DNA of 64,000 nucleotides from Pocillopora damicornis (Eukaryota): NCBI RefSeq assembly GCF_003704095.1, contig NW_020845264.1, positions 620,001 to 684,000 of the forward strand, read 5' to 3'. Shown piece by piece: positions 51,523 to 63,958 of this stretch (position 1 is its first letter; each line of letters starts with the position of its first letter). The notes under the pieces were generated by a model. It saw only the letters and a program-made list of their open reading frames with translations, ran no database searches and was not told where the DNA came from. The position numbers and the translations under genes were made by a program.

Positions 51523-53044
51523 ATGAAAAGAGACGCAGATAAATTGGAAGTATTATTTCGTTATCATCATTTTCTCTGTCGCAGATTTTCCTTTCAGTTT
51601 GTCACAAATTGGACAGTTTGGCTTCCAACCTTTTTCAGACCAGTTATCACGAAGGAAATACAATGCTCTTAAAAAATCAATCAAAAGAGACCCCTATGAA
51701 GTCTGGTATCACAAAGACAATTACAAATCCTTGGGGGACATGTCCATTACGCCTGAGATATATATAAAAGAAACTGTGGAGCGAGCATCAACCACACAGC
51801 GACTTCAAAATGTTATGGCAAAGGTTTTGCGCGGTGAGAACATTGGCTTCGTAGTCATGGGGGGATCTATATCTGCTGGCGGTGGATTAACCAGCGATTT
51901 TTCCAATCTGAGAGGGATATATTATCGAGTATTTATCGATTGGTGGCAAAAAGCCGTGCAGCCGTTTACAGGATCTGTCATCACACTACACAATTTAGCT
52001 CTTGGAGGGACTGCAAGCAACTTTTTCTCTTTTTGCTACAAAACCTTCATGAGACCTGGAGATACCATAAACATTGCACTCCTTGAGTTTTCTGTCAACG
52101 ATCACATAGTTTTCAAAGACTCTCGACATTCGAGAGCGTTATCTCTCGAAAATCTTTCAAGGCAACTGCTAAGTGAAGAATCTTCCCCAGCAGTTATATT
52201 TGTGAATTTCATTGGTGGAAATAACGCAATTCCTGTGTGCGACAACCTAGAAAATCACGGACAGACTTTTCTCGCTATTCATTATGGTATTACCAGTGTT
52301 AGCACGCGTCAATCCTTATGTCCAAATTCGGGGAAGGTCCATGTTTACTCCATGTTTTCATCAGATCACAATCATGCTGGCATTTTAGCACATGCACAGA
52401 TCGCAATGATGATTATCAACATCTTTCGTAAAGCTCTGCTAAAAGCCATAGAAAGTTCTGAACAGAACTTACAAAATCATTTAAGTTCATACCTATTACC
52501 AAAATCTGCTTTTTTTAAGGACGACACGGAAACTCTCCCAGACCCACTATGTTATTCTCTAATTACACCAGATGTAACTGAAAAATTTTTTCGTCCTTCG
52601 CTCTATGTCAGGGAAATCGCAAATATGGGGTTTACGAATATTCGTGGTATTCCTATCGGGTACCGTAAAGAAACTGTTGTACAAACTGAACCCGCACCAG
52701 TGCGAAATGATGGCTACAGTGGATGGAAAGCAGAAGCAGCGTATTCTACATTAAAGCTACGATTTTTCGTACCTTTCTCAAGATCTGAAATAAGCAATAC
52801 CGTTGTCATAGCGTTTCGCACCACTGGTGGAGGTGGAAAAGCAAAGGTGTGGTTGGATAACGACGAGGCTGGTGTTATGGTTGACACTTCCTCTAACTTT
52901 GGACACACAAGGCTCATCCCCGTCGCCTATCACGTGCCCTTTGGAAGTCACGTACTGAATTTCAAGACAGTAAATGATGGGAAATTTGTGCTGTGTGGTG
53001 TAATGCTTGGAGCTAAAAGTCATCTAGTTAATGAGATGAAGTAA
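51523..53044 (+). CDS. SGNH/GDSL-hydrolase-like protein, paralogue 3; apparent +1 frameshift just after the start ATG
   Basis: GGSISAG, ALGGT, EFSVND, DHNH; the in-frame leader ETQINWKYYFVIIIFSVA is one A out of frame with the ATG at 51523. Confidence 0.8.
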
Positions 53045-53614
53045 ATGCATCATAGGAATTTCCTTTTTCCCATCACTGGCGAGATGAACTAATGTAGGAG
53101 GGCCACGCTGGGAATCGGACGATGAGAAATGAAAGCTGGATTATGTTTTTCCAGTTTCCTATTTCAAAACCAACCAAACCTTTGCCAATCCTGCTACTCT
53201 TTTCAATGGATTAAGTTACTTAGGCTGGGGCCGTTTGTGTTAAGTGGACAGAATCGACTGAGATAATTGTAGGTGTAAAACAGTGTACATAGGGCGCGCT
53301 TAATATGTAAAGGAACATCTCATGATACAACTGTCTATGTTACAAATTTTGGATTAAAGTTAAATGTTCTTGCATAAAAGTTTTTAAATGAAGTCAAATT
53401 CATTGATGGCTATTCCAGAAAAAAATGTGCAAAATGGAGCTTGAAGCATTCATCTTAATAAAAAAAGAAAATGTTATTCTACATGTACTAGGTAGCTAAC
53501 TCCTTTATTTTTACGCTTTTCCCTCCATGAAAGCTTAGAAATGTTATGCGTTCACAAGAAATAAAAGAAATTCAATTCCATTCGGTTTTACACCAGTTCT
53601 AAAGTTCTGGGAAG

Positions 53615-53878
53615 TGTAATAGATAGTGACTGTAGAAATAAGTTTCCAGAAATTTCTAGAATTCTTAGTCATACTGGCATGCACACCATGGAACTTTGTA
53701 GAACATTCTACTAGTTTAATGATAAATACTTAATAATTAACACTACTAAAATACTTGTGTGTAAGCTTCTGGAATGTTCTAGAACACTTTGTAAATGTAT
53801 ATAAGGACTCGGCCGTGTGATAATAGTAGTTCTTGTTGTTGCAGTGTGTAGTCAGTCGAAAGTAACTGTGGCTACGCT
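53615..53878 (+). mobile_element. Possible solo-LTR remnant
   Basis: Begins TGTAAT, contains repeated TTCTAGAA-like motifs and TATATAAG; no clear terminal CA or target duplication. Confidence 0.3.
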
Positions 53879-53963
53879 TTCATGAATTTTTTTTTTCTAA
53901 GTCCTTCTCGGACAGTAAAGAGAAGCAAAGTTTTCGAGATTCGCAACTCACTTAAGTAAAAGG

Positions 53964-55794
53964 TTATTTGCATTTCTTCTCGCATTCTTCCTTGGTGTCA
54001 AAGTTGTTTGCGTTACCATCGCATCCTCCATAAATGAACTGCTCACATTCTCCTGTATCACTGTTGTAGTAGAATCTTGGTATCGCTGCTCTGCAAGGGC
54101 CTTGAAATTTCGGCAGGTTACAGACTTCTGGATTTTTGGCATTGGTCCCAATTGAAACTGTCAACAAGACAAAGGGTTTCTGAGGATTTCTTAAGATTTA
54201 ATTTTTAATCTATCGAAATTAGGGTTAACAACTGACTTTATAGTGCTTTGGATGAATTGACCAGACTGTCAGACTAGGAGATAGAAAACAGCCGCTCAAA
54301 AGGAAACGCGATCAATCTACAACAATCGCTCCAAGTGAGTTGTGAACGATTTATTTGGTGCTCTGGCCCGACGTTTAGTGAAAGAAATACAAGTTTTGTC
54401 TTTCACCCTTGAAGTCTAAGTTAGAAACCTTGTACTATTCACTATAAAAGTGCGCACGCGAACATGATAACACCCTTTTAGGCTACTCACCTTAGTCACT
54501 GTCTATCGAGGAATAAACAGCGAGTAGCGTAGCTAATCAGATAGTAGCACTAATGATTGAACTCTAGTAGATATATTCTAAGCATTCTTAGCCTCGCTTT
54601 CGAGTCGCAAGTCTCTACTAAGTAAGGTTAATCACAGTACGGGAAGAAAATATAAACAGTCTCAACCCTCAATCCTTACTTCCGCTGAAATTGGAGTAGC
54701 TTTCATTTCGACTCGAATAATCTGTAACCTCTACCAGCCAAGAAAGCGAGGGGTCTCGGGGATAAGTCAGGTCATTCAAGAGAGAGCAAACTGTTTTTTT
54801 GTGCTCTTACCGTGGGTAAAAAAATGGGACACGAAAAAAAAATACTAAATTGCTATTTATACCTAAAAACTCTAAATGCGTTACTCCAGCGAAAAGGAAA
54901 TAATTCAGAGTGACATGTAGCAATAATCTGATCATTGAACCAAGTCATCTTATCATGTAGTCCCTCCTCCCGCGTCTTGTGGTTCCATTCAAATGTCAGT
55001 GCTACCAGTAGAATAATTATTTGGAATAACACATTTACAAGCTGAAAAAGCAATGTTCACACGTAGTTTCCAAATGATTAGTGAGTCAGTTGCTTCAATT
55101 AAATTTCAGTTCAGTAAAAGCGCAGTTTATTAGTGGCGTAAATTTTTAGGTAACCAATTTCTGTGCCAAATTCCGGCAAAAATAAAAATACGACATGGTA
55201 CTATGAACTCATCGTTAGATAGAGTGGTCGAACTAGGATCAAGCGATATTTTAGGAGTATGTACTCAGGTATCGCACTGAAAATTATTTCATAAAAAACA
55301 AAAACCGTTTTGAAAACAAGCAGTCGCCTATGTGCCTTTGAAGAAGGTTCACTTACTTACCGTACTGACAGGTTCTCTGCGATAAAACCAAGGTTATAGA
55401 TTTAACTTGTATTGATCTGTTTTTTCAACGTATTTCCTCGCGATGCCTATCCACCGAAAAATAACAGCTGAAGATGAAATTTTCTATACGTGGAATTCTA
55501 AAGCTTATTGTTGTTATAATTTTGTCGTGTAGACACAACAAAGTCTATGAGTTTGAACTAGAGTATATTTCATTTCACGGCTACTGGACTAATCAGTTTG
55601 TATTTAAACATCCGCTCTATAAACTCCCGTTGTGAGCGCAATACGGAGTAATTAACTATCTTTTAAGCTTATGTTTGAAAATGAGAAGAAAGCCTAACAG
55701 ATGTGTAACTTAGATCAAATAACAGTAGATGTTCGTTTAGATTAAACTTACCAACCGCGAAGACAATCAGTAGTAGAAAGGTTTTGGTCGTCAT
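53964..55794 (-). CDS. Secreted single-domain Kunitz/BPTI inhibitor B, 78 aa; exons 55794-55752 and 54157-53964
   Basis: Signal exon [14 protein letters not shown] (phase 1) joins [31 protein letters not shown]...[13 protein letters not shown]...C; six Cys; P1 Arg. Confidence 0.92.
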
Positions 55795-56189
55795 TGTTTT
55801 CTTGTGTATGTAACGATTTAAGGGATTTTAAACTGAGTACTTCGAAATAATCCTGTGAGCAGCTTTGACAACAGAGTTATTTAGCAATTGAATAAACCAC
55901 AGATAGGAGGAACAAGCACCATGAAAAGCATTGTTTTGTCACTAACTTGTGGCAAATCTTTGACAGTAAGTGCGAGCTTTTCTTATCAATTTTTACGACG
56001 CCAAATTTGGTAGTGGGATGGTCGGATATTATGATCTCATTCTTATATTTCGGGTGCTAAGCTACCTAAAGTCCCCAATTCGTTATAACCGGTTAATCCT
56101 TTCGAGCTTTAATAGAGGGTATGGTAAAACACTGCCGGAGCTTATTGTGTACGGATTGGCCGTAGTTTGAAACGACAAGAGTACTGATA

Positions 56190-56352
56190 GTCCATTAAAG
56201 TTTTCCCCGGCAGTTTGGTACCTTTTTTAACTCCTGGGTGGGTAAAAAGACTCCGAGAGTAAAGTCCTTTAACTGCCGAGAACACATCACAATGCTCCCA
56301 GACATGATTCGAACCCAGACCTCTGAATGCACGCTACCCTTTTGGCCACCCG
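56190..56352. repeat. Decayed SINE-like fragment
   Basis: B-box-like GGGTTCGAATC on the minus strand near 56305-56315 within a stretch resembling a common cnidarian SINE. Confidence 0.4.
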
Positions 56353-57665
56353 ATGTGCTTCTTTAAAGTAATGGCTCAAAATAGTTTTAAGTTATATTCC
56401 ATGAAAAGGATCGGATCGAAAATTTCTTGTTAAGACCACGAAATTCTGTTAACAATACTCCTGCTTATCAAATTGTAATGTCTGTTTCCACGGACACAGT
56501 TATTTTTTCGTAAAGTAAACGTATTCTGAGACTGGTTCAGTTGAAACACCCCAAGATAGAAACAATAAAGTAATAGTCTTATCTAATGCTACTGTGTAAA
56601 GCATAACCCTTTATTGATGTTCCTTTTCAGAATACGACAAGAATCGAACAGTACATCTTGTTAATCTAGCAGAAATATTTCACCGTAATAACATTGTTAT
56701 CATCAAACCATAATGAATGGCTTTCATAAGCTGAAAATCCGAAATTTATTTACTTGCTCCAAACACACTAAAGGTCACCATTGTTAGAACCTGAAAAAGA
56801 ATGAAATTGTTTGAACAGACTTAGCTATTATAAGGAGCCCAGCAAGGTAAAGGTGGAAGGGAGAAACACTTCAGATTTTTAAATTTTATTACATTGAAAT
56901 GAAATAAATTATATTTCAACCTGTTGTGGCTATTCACAAACTCCTTGCAAAAAAGAACACGGAGAAAGAAGAATTACACACTTTTAATGACAAACTAAAA
57001 TTTGCTTAGTCACCAAAGTACCCTAAATTGTGGAGTTGGTTATTGTCACGCACAGCAATTGACGCTGTATAAACTAAAACGGAAGAATCGAAAAATTCTG
57101 AAATGTAACATTTTCTTAAACAAAATGTTATATCCCTATTTTTATAAGTTGAGGAAATCTTGGAGACTCTTTCCTTCTCATGTGTCAGTCTTTGATGTGA
57201 AGAACTTTAAAAGAATTACACGAGTGGTTTCTAGATTAGTGGTTTGGTAAGATTAATTTCAAGATATAAGACAAGGAATATTGGGATCCAATTACGAAAA
57301 GGGTTGAAGAAACCTTGAGGAAGTTAACATAGGTTATATAAGAACAAGTAAAATCCTAAAAAAAATTTGAAGAAGTGACGTCTCGTAGAACCAAGACGCC
57401 ATATACAACAGACCTCGCATGCAATTGGCAAGTGCATCTTCTAACCTGATACACTTTTGATAAATTATGGCCAAACTTGTTTTGGGTGAGTTTTCGAAAA
57501 AAGAAAAATAACTGTATTTCACGGTTAAACAGTAGATAACAGCGGACGGAAGTCTCGTATATCTAGTTTTTTCCCTAAACCTCACCCTAAATTAACCCTT
57601 TGGCGTAATAAAACGGCATTTGACAGTCCAGTAAGTGAAGGATAATAATTGTTGCTGCAGACCTG

Positions 57666-59199
57666 TTACTGACCACAAGCTGATTTGCATTCTGCCTCGC
57701 TATCAAATCTGTTATCATTTCCATCACAGCCTCCATATGTGAACTGCTGGCAGGATTTTGACCCAGAGTTGTAGAACCACTTAATAAAGAGTCCCCGGCA
57801 TGGTCCTGTGACAGATGGTAATGAACATTTTCCACCATCCGCCAGCGCAGCATTTCTGGAGAATCTTGAAAAACCTACATAGAAAACAAAACCTGCGATA
57901 ATGTCACTGAAAGGCATGACATGATCAGAGAAGAACACCTGATCAGGAAATTTGAAGCTTGTTCTTGAAAGAGATCGTCAGTAGGGGAAATTTATCCCCA
58001 ATCAGCGTCTTCAATTCTATTTCATTGAATTTCAACTTTTTTTCTTTGTCAAAACTTCGACCATACAGGAGTTGTCGTCAGCATGACGTCACGTTACCAA
58101 TGGCAAACGGGACGGGCATTGAAATATTCCATGTGGAATTTGGCTGTTAATCTCACTCATGGAAAACTTTGTTTTCTTTTGATTAACTGTTGACAGGATA
58201 ATTATAAATGACAAATGGCTCACACGAAACGATGAAAAACATCCCTGTATGGTTAATTCATTTCTACGTTTTATTTGAGTCTCCCAATAAGCCCTTGCTT
58301 CGAGCTTTACGGGTAAAACCTGCTTCTTGGAAAGAAATTAAATGACTATAGAGGCAAAGAAGTAATCGAGCTACCTCGAATGGTAGAGAAAATTTTGCAT
58401 AGTTGTCATAGCTAAGACTCGCAAAGGTGTGTTTTTAACCCGGTATCCTATAAACCTAATTGAGTTTCCTGAAGATGACAGGTTCTAAATAACTCGTCAA
58501 TTTTACTGTTTGCACAGTTTACGACGACAATTATCTTTGGCCAAACAAAGCGGCGTTTGAAGTAAACGTATTCAGATATAGATGTGTCTTGAAATGCACT
58601 CGAAAGATTGTGCGTTTAAAAAGCACCGTAGCTTTTGTGTCGGATGAACTACAAAGATAGGGTTCATCGGCGTTAGGATGTTATTTTGACGGCATCTGGC
58701 CTGCGTTTCGATTTCCTTAACCCGGCGGAATAAATGGTGATAAACTCTGACGAATGCTGATAGGCTGTTTCCCATCATAGCGAAGAGCTGCTTTTTTTCT
58801 TAGTTAAAAGCAACTGTAACTCAAAAACAATAAAAATTAATTGTAATATTGCTGTTATTTACTTTTGCTTCAAGACTCAACCGGAGGCAAATGTGAAGTT
58901 TTGGCTAAACGCAAAATATATCTTTACGAATTTAGCCTAGATAAAGAACCGCTCTCTTTGTGTCTCGAAATTAACCCTGGGAAAGCCATGTGATCTTCAT
59001 TATACATACAGTTTTAGACAAAGAAACAATAGCGGAAACAGTAGATTGCCTTTAAGTCTACAGCTTTGATATAGAATGGTATGGGCCTATACGGAAATCT
59101 TTCCTAACCTTGCGCAGTAATTTCACTTTTCTTACCTGTCGCCATCAGGACGGCGATAAGCAAAACAGTTTTCACCGATACTGGTGACAACTCTTGCAT
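57666..59199 (-). CDS. Secreted single-domain Kunitz/BPTI inhibitor A, 90 aa; exons 59199-59136 and 57874-57666
   Basis: Signal exon MQELSPVSVKTVLLIAVLMAT (phase 1) joins GFSRFSRNAALADGGKCSLPSVTGPCRGLFIKWFY...FTYGGCDGNDNRF...C; six Cys; P1 Arg. Confidence 0.92.
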
Positions 59200-61661
59200 T
59201 TCTAGTAACGATGGATGGTCAGAAATAGGAATGAATTTCCTCCAAGCAAGCGCTACAAATCGCGCTAGACTTTTCGAATCTCTAAAACGTGTAAAATGAA
59301 CAAGGTTGCCACTTTATGTTTGTCGTTTCAAACCATATATGGAGCATTACATAAATAGAGTAAATTTAGGTGTTAAACCGTTCGTATGAAAACAATGAAA
59401 CATCTGCTGCGTGCAAAAGCTGAGCAAAGAAAAATTAACTGGCCATTTGAAAGATTTAGTGTAAAATTGCTTTGTTTAGAATCTTTGAAAGCGCAGTTGT
59501 TAGAACAGAACTTTAAGCAAAGACGGTATCCTTCTTTGAAACGCGTGCAGCCGACAAAAAAATTGATATGGCAAGTAACCTCGCAAACTGGTAACAAAGC
59601 GAAAATAGACACAGGAGAACGGTCACAAACAACCTAAAAGCCTATCGCTACACTTCAGGAAGCGTTATTCTCAGACAGAACGCTGATTCAAGTTTTGCGG
59701 TGCACTACAAAAAGCAAAAAAAACATCCTCGATGAAATACACCGGTAAATTAGTTAGGGATGAGTTGTCTAAGAGGGAGGTAGTTCTGTGAGTTTTGGTT
59801 CTGCCACAGTTGTTAAAAATCATCATCCGTTTCATTTCGTATCAGACTGATTTCATATACACGCGCTTAGAGAAAAACTCAGCCTTTTAAAAGCTTTTAA
59901 CTCTTCAAACAAACAGATTTGCATTTTTATTTACAAAACCTAAAAACTTCAGCTTTGCTTCCATGAATATGTCAGCCCTTAAAACTCTTGGTTAATTGGT
60001 TAAATAGATCGAGGGCGTTTTCTAGAAGGCAGATAATACGAAGTCTCCTGAGGGGATTTTTTCCTTTATGCGTCTAGGAGTCCTATTGGGGTTAAATGAT
60101 TGTTGATGATTCTTGGATTCTTAGGCTGCTGGGTTGGGAAACTTACATGAAAAATCTTTTCTTATCTTATCTCTGATATTCTATCCGGCCCAGTTTTAAG
60201 AGTTTTTGTTTGGTTTGGTTTTTGTTGTGTTTTTTTTATCTTGTAGTCTTTGTTTTCATTGTCTCATTTTGATTTCACTCTATGATGTTATTGCATTTTC
60301 CTCCATTCACTTGAATTTAGAATATAAACATAATACAATAAATTCTCTCCCGACCAAAAACCTCCCTGAACTGCACCTTGAGAAAGAAAGAAAAGGGAAA
60401 AAATTCATGTTGCGAGAGTTTATAACATAACAGTATGACTAACGATCCTTGAATTCCTTCCATTGCAGAAGATTTAATCGGGTTTTCTAGACTGCACATT
60501 CCGCAGATTGATCTTTTTCTTCTGGTTAAGTCTTCAAATCGGATTTTTGTTCTTAATCTCATTTAGGAGTCGCGAAAATCTGATAAAGACAAAGGTAAGA
60601 ATTTACCGATTGAACTGTGGTGCTGAGAAAGGTCACCACTAAGTAAATACGATGAAGAACAAAATGATCCTGAGACATTTAATATGTATTACTCTCCGAA
60701 AGTGGTGATTTCGTAGTATTTATCTGTGTATTCATTCAAATCACGTATAATTATAAATTTTTATTAGACGCTGGGTTGCCCCCGTAAATCCAAACCGCTT
60801 TTAATCAAATCACAGCTTTTAATCTGCTACATAAGGGTGAATTCATCGCGTAGCATTGATTGCATCAACTCTAAAGGGCTTTGAGAATAGTTGTGCTTGA
60901 ATATGTACGTATTGCAAACCTAATAACACTATTGTACAGCCACACCACGCTGGAGGTTTAATCGCCTTTGAGGAATACTTTCTCTATCACACGGCAAATC
61001 AAATTACTTTTCAATACCAGTATTCGGTTCTTTTATCAAAATTCACATATTTTCGGTTTTGGTCAATGAGTCACCATTACTGTATCAGTTAAACTGCCCA
61101 CGGCATTGTGATTGACGCCAAAGAGGTCAAAGATGATCATTTACACCCAAACAAAATACAGATCGATTTTTCCAGCATTTTTCAACTCCTAGGGAATTCA
61201 TCGAGTTAAGACACGAAATTTAGAGAATGCTGTTTGAAAAATCACCCGACTTCCACTGAAGAGCTTTGATTCATCCCGTTTGGTAACAACACTGGATATT
61301 ATAAACAATGATAATGTAACTTGTATTAGTCAATTACATATTATTACAGGTCGGAACAAATTTTGCTGAGATACATTGTTTGAATTAAAAACGTATTTTC
61401 TAGAAGACAGGGGCCTTAAGAATCCTTATGTAAAGTAACCGCCCTGCACGTCTACCTTGTAAACTGAAATCCGTATAGTTAAGGGATTATGAACTAGGAT
61501 TGTCTTAATTTTTTGGAGGGAGTTGAATAGAGAGCGTATACGCAAAATCGATCTCAACACTTTTTCTAGTGCAAGTTATGCTTCAGACTAAGAATTTTGT
61601 ATAACATGAAACATAAAAGCGAAATTGATGAATCTTTGACATTGAATTAGTAGAAAAATAT

Positions 61662-62132
61662 TCATAACAAAGAGAATTGTGTCAGCGCAATGGAGCGAAG
61701 CATATCAACTCTCTTTTGCCTTAAAGTTCTACCCGACATAGCTATTGTTCTTTTTTCGATCTCATCGCAAATCGCGTTTCGACGCTTCATCAGTAACGGG
61801 CTTGGAAGCCAACACTTTACTTCGCCACTAACAGCTGCAAGGACATGCGGATAACTGCCGCATGTGTCACGAGATCCTGGTTTACACTTCACTTCAGTCG
61901 GCGCTCGAGTTGTTGCAAAACACTGATTCTGTACAATTGAGCTTGAGCCTTTCACAGACTGAAGATCTAGAACCATCGAGCTCAAGCAACTTGGATCAAA
62001 TAGTTGTTTCTGTTCAGCGGCCTCGGGACTGTTTCCAGAGATTATAAGAAATCTTGTCTCATCGCAAACAGCTTTCTTCCTTTCCACAAAGCTCCGTCGA
62101 TTTGATATCTTGGCTTTAAGTCGGGCGTTCAT
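61662..62132 (-). CDS. Uncharacterised 156-aa protein with two R-[RK]-x-A-[IV]-C-D-E motifs
   Basis: ATG-initiated ORF, GC-richer than flanks, with internal protein-level repeats (RKKAVCDE / RRNAICDE; EVKC twice). Confidence 0.7.
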   Translation of the reverse strand: MNARLKAKISNRRSFVERKKAVCDETRFLIISGNSPEAAEQKQLFDPSCLSSMVLDLQSVKGSSSIVQNQCFATTRAPTEVKCKPGSRDTCGSYPHVLAAVSGEVKCWLPSPLLMKRRNAICDEIEKRTIAMSGRTLRQKRVDMLRSIALTQFSLL

Positions 62133-63325
62133 GCTCTTTAATTACCTTAATCAGCAAAAGAATAAAATCCAGACACAGTCTTCCTCTATCTATTCAGGAA
62201 TACGGCTCAGCAAAGCTCCAACGGTCAGCTTCTCCTAGACAGTTTCAAGATACCCTCAGCTGGACAGATCGAAAAAAGTTTTAGTAAAAGTTCTTTCCTG
62301 CTGAGGTTCACTAAAGGTTGTAATTCATCGCTCTTTTGTTTAAGTCCACTTGCTAAAAAATATGAAATCTTTGGTGTAAAAAACAAGTCGTGATTCTCGC
62401 GAACACTTTCCTTGCAGTCGAGGTGATCGATGACTGACCTTGTACAATTAAAGCAAAGCTTGCTTTGATTACCGGAAATAAAAAGATGAGTCGATACCGA
62501 CACGTTATTATTATGCGGAATACTTCAACTGTAAACAAACAGGAACCGACTTCGCTACAAAGTCAGTTGAAGGTTATCTTCAAATTTTCTTATCGGCCCA
62601 AGAATGTGAAACAACTGGCCGTAATGCGAATTTAAGAGGACTGATTATCTTCATCCGGTATTTTATTCGAAAAGGTAACCACTTGAGAAACACTGTCATA
62701 CAAAAGAATATTTGCAAATCTTTTCAGGGAAAGATATCCGCAAATAAGCAACTCACAGGGTTACTTACAGAAAAACTGTTATCTCAATAAAGGTTTTCAA
62801 CAGATTTTTCTCTTCTTGGTGTGGTTGTGTCCGTCAGTTATCTAAATCGCACCGCAAGTCAATAACATAATCTCGACTAATTAGTTATCACTCCCAACCA
62901 TGTGACCACTTTCAGTTACAGTGTGAAAAAAGAAACAGAAAATACGTTCTGATATCCTTGATGAACTGGGTCTCCCGAGAAATTTGTCATCGAAGGTCTT
63001 CTACATACCTGATATGTCCCAATTGCCTCGATTTACTTCGTGTTTTAAACCTCAAAAAAGTGTCATACAACAGGATCTTCAGTCAAACTGACATTCTTTC
63101 TATTCCATCACGCTACGGTTATTCTCTCAAGGGGGTTTTCTGCTCACGTCACGAAATCAACGGTTCACGTATGTAAACAACTCATTGTGCCCACTCAGCG
63201 CAGCTGAACTTGAAATTTGCATTGTTTGTTTTAGTTCCACTTCCATCTGTTAAACGAAAACAACTCCAGTCTTATCTCTAAGCAGGAATGCGTCTTTACG
63301 TTGTTAGAGAACTCGTAACAAAGCA

Positions 63326-63333
63326 TGACGTCA
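63326..63333. promoter_or_regulatory. Full CRE about 1.2 kb upstream of the 156-aa gene, flanked by half-sites
   Basis: TGACGTCA; CGTCA at 63147-63151 and TGACG at 63451-63455. Confidence 0.4.
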
Positions 63334-63902
63334 TTCACGTTATCAGAAAACTCCCGGGCTCAGTCTATCAACATCTGTAACCCAGTGATAGTGAACTAAC
63401 GCTTTAATTTTTTTGCCTCATAGGAAGCATTCCATCCTGTATTTCAATAATGACGTAGGAAAATTTCAGACCTCGACGTAACCATGATAAACAACTTTCC
63501 ACAATTATGAACATTTGAAGCAGTATTTAATTTGATTCAGTATCTTTATATTTTGTCATCAAATACTGAGGTTGTAATCAGCCTATCCGTATCCGCTTGG
63601 AGATTGTGAGTATTTTATTAAAATCTCGTGTATTCCTCAGAACCGTTGATTAACTACACATAAAGAGGATCAATTTACAGAGATATTTTGCAAAATATAA
63701 TAATTGAAGCTCTTGGTGGGCGCTGCCGCAGGGGTTTTTGAACAGTGAGTGAGGCTGCAAGAGGGAAGTTGTTTATAGACCAATCATCTGGAACATCAAC
63801 AGCTTTGTTTCAATGTCATCTGCGTATAGAAGAGATACTGTGTGGGTACTCCTCGTTGTTTTTCTTTTTTTTTTTTTTTGGTAAAACACAAACCGTTTGG
63901 CT

Positions 63903-63912
63903 AGAGAGAGAG

Positions 63913-63955
<43 letters not shown>

Positions 63956-63958
63956 GAC
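63903..63958. repeat. Compound (GA)n/(GACA)n microsatellite
   Basis: Directly visible. Confidence 0.95.

Noticed and set aside
53964-59199. One Kunitz gene with alternative terminal exons, or a two-domain protein
   Set aside because: Each Kunitz exon has its own stop and a separate signal exon exists at 55794-55752
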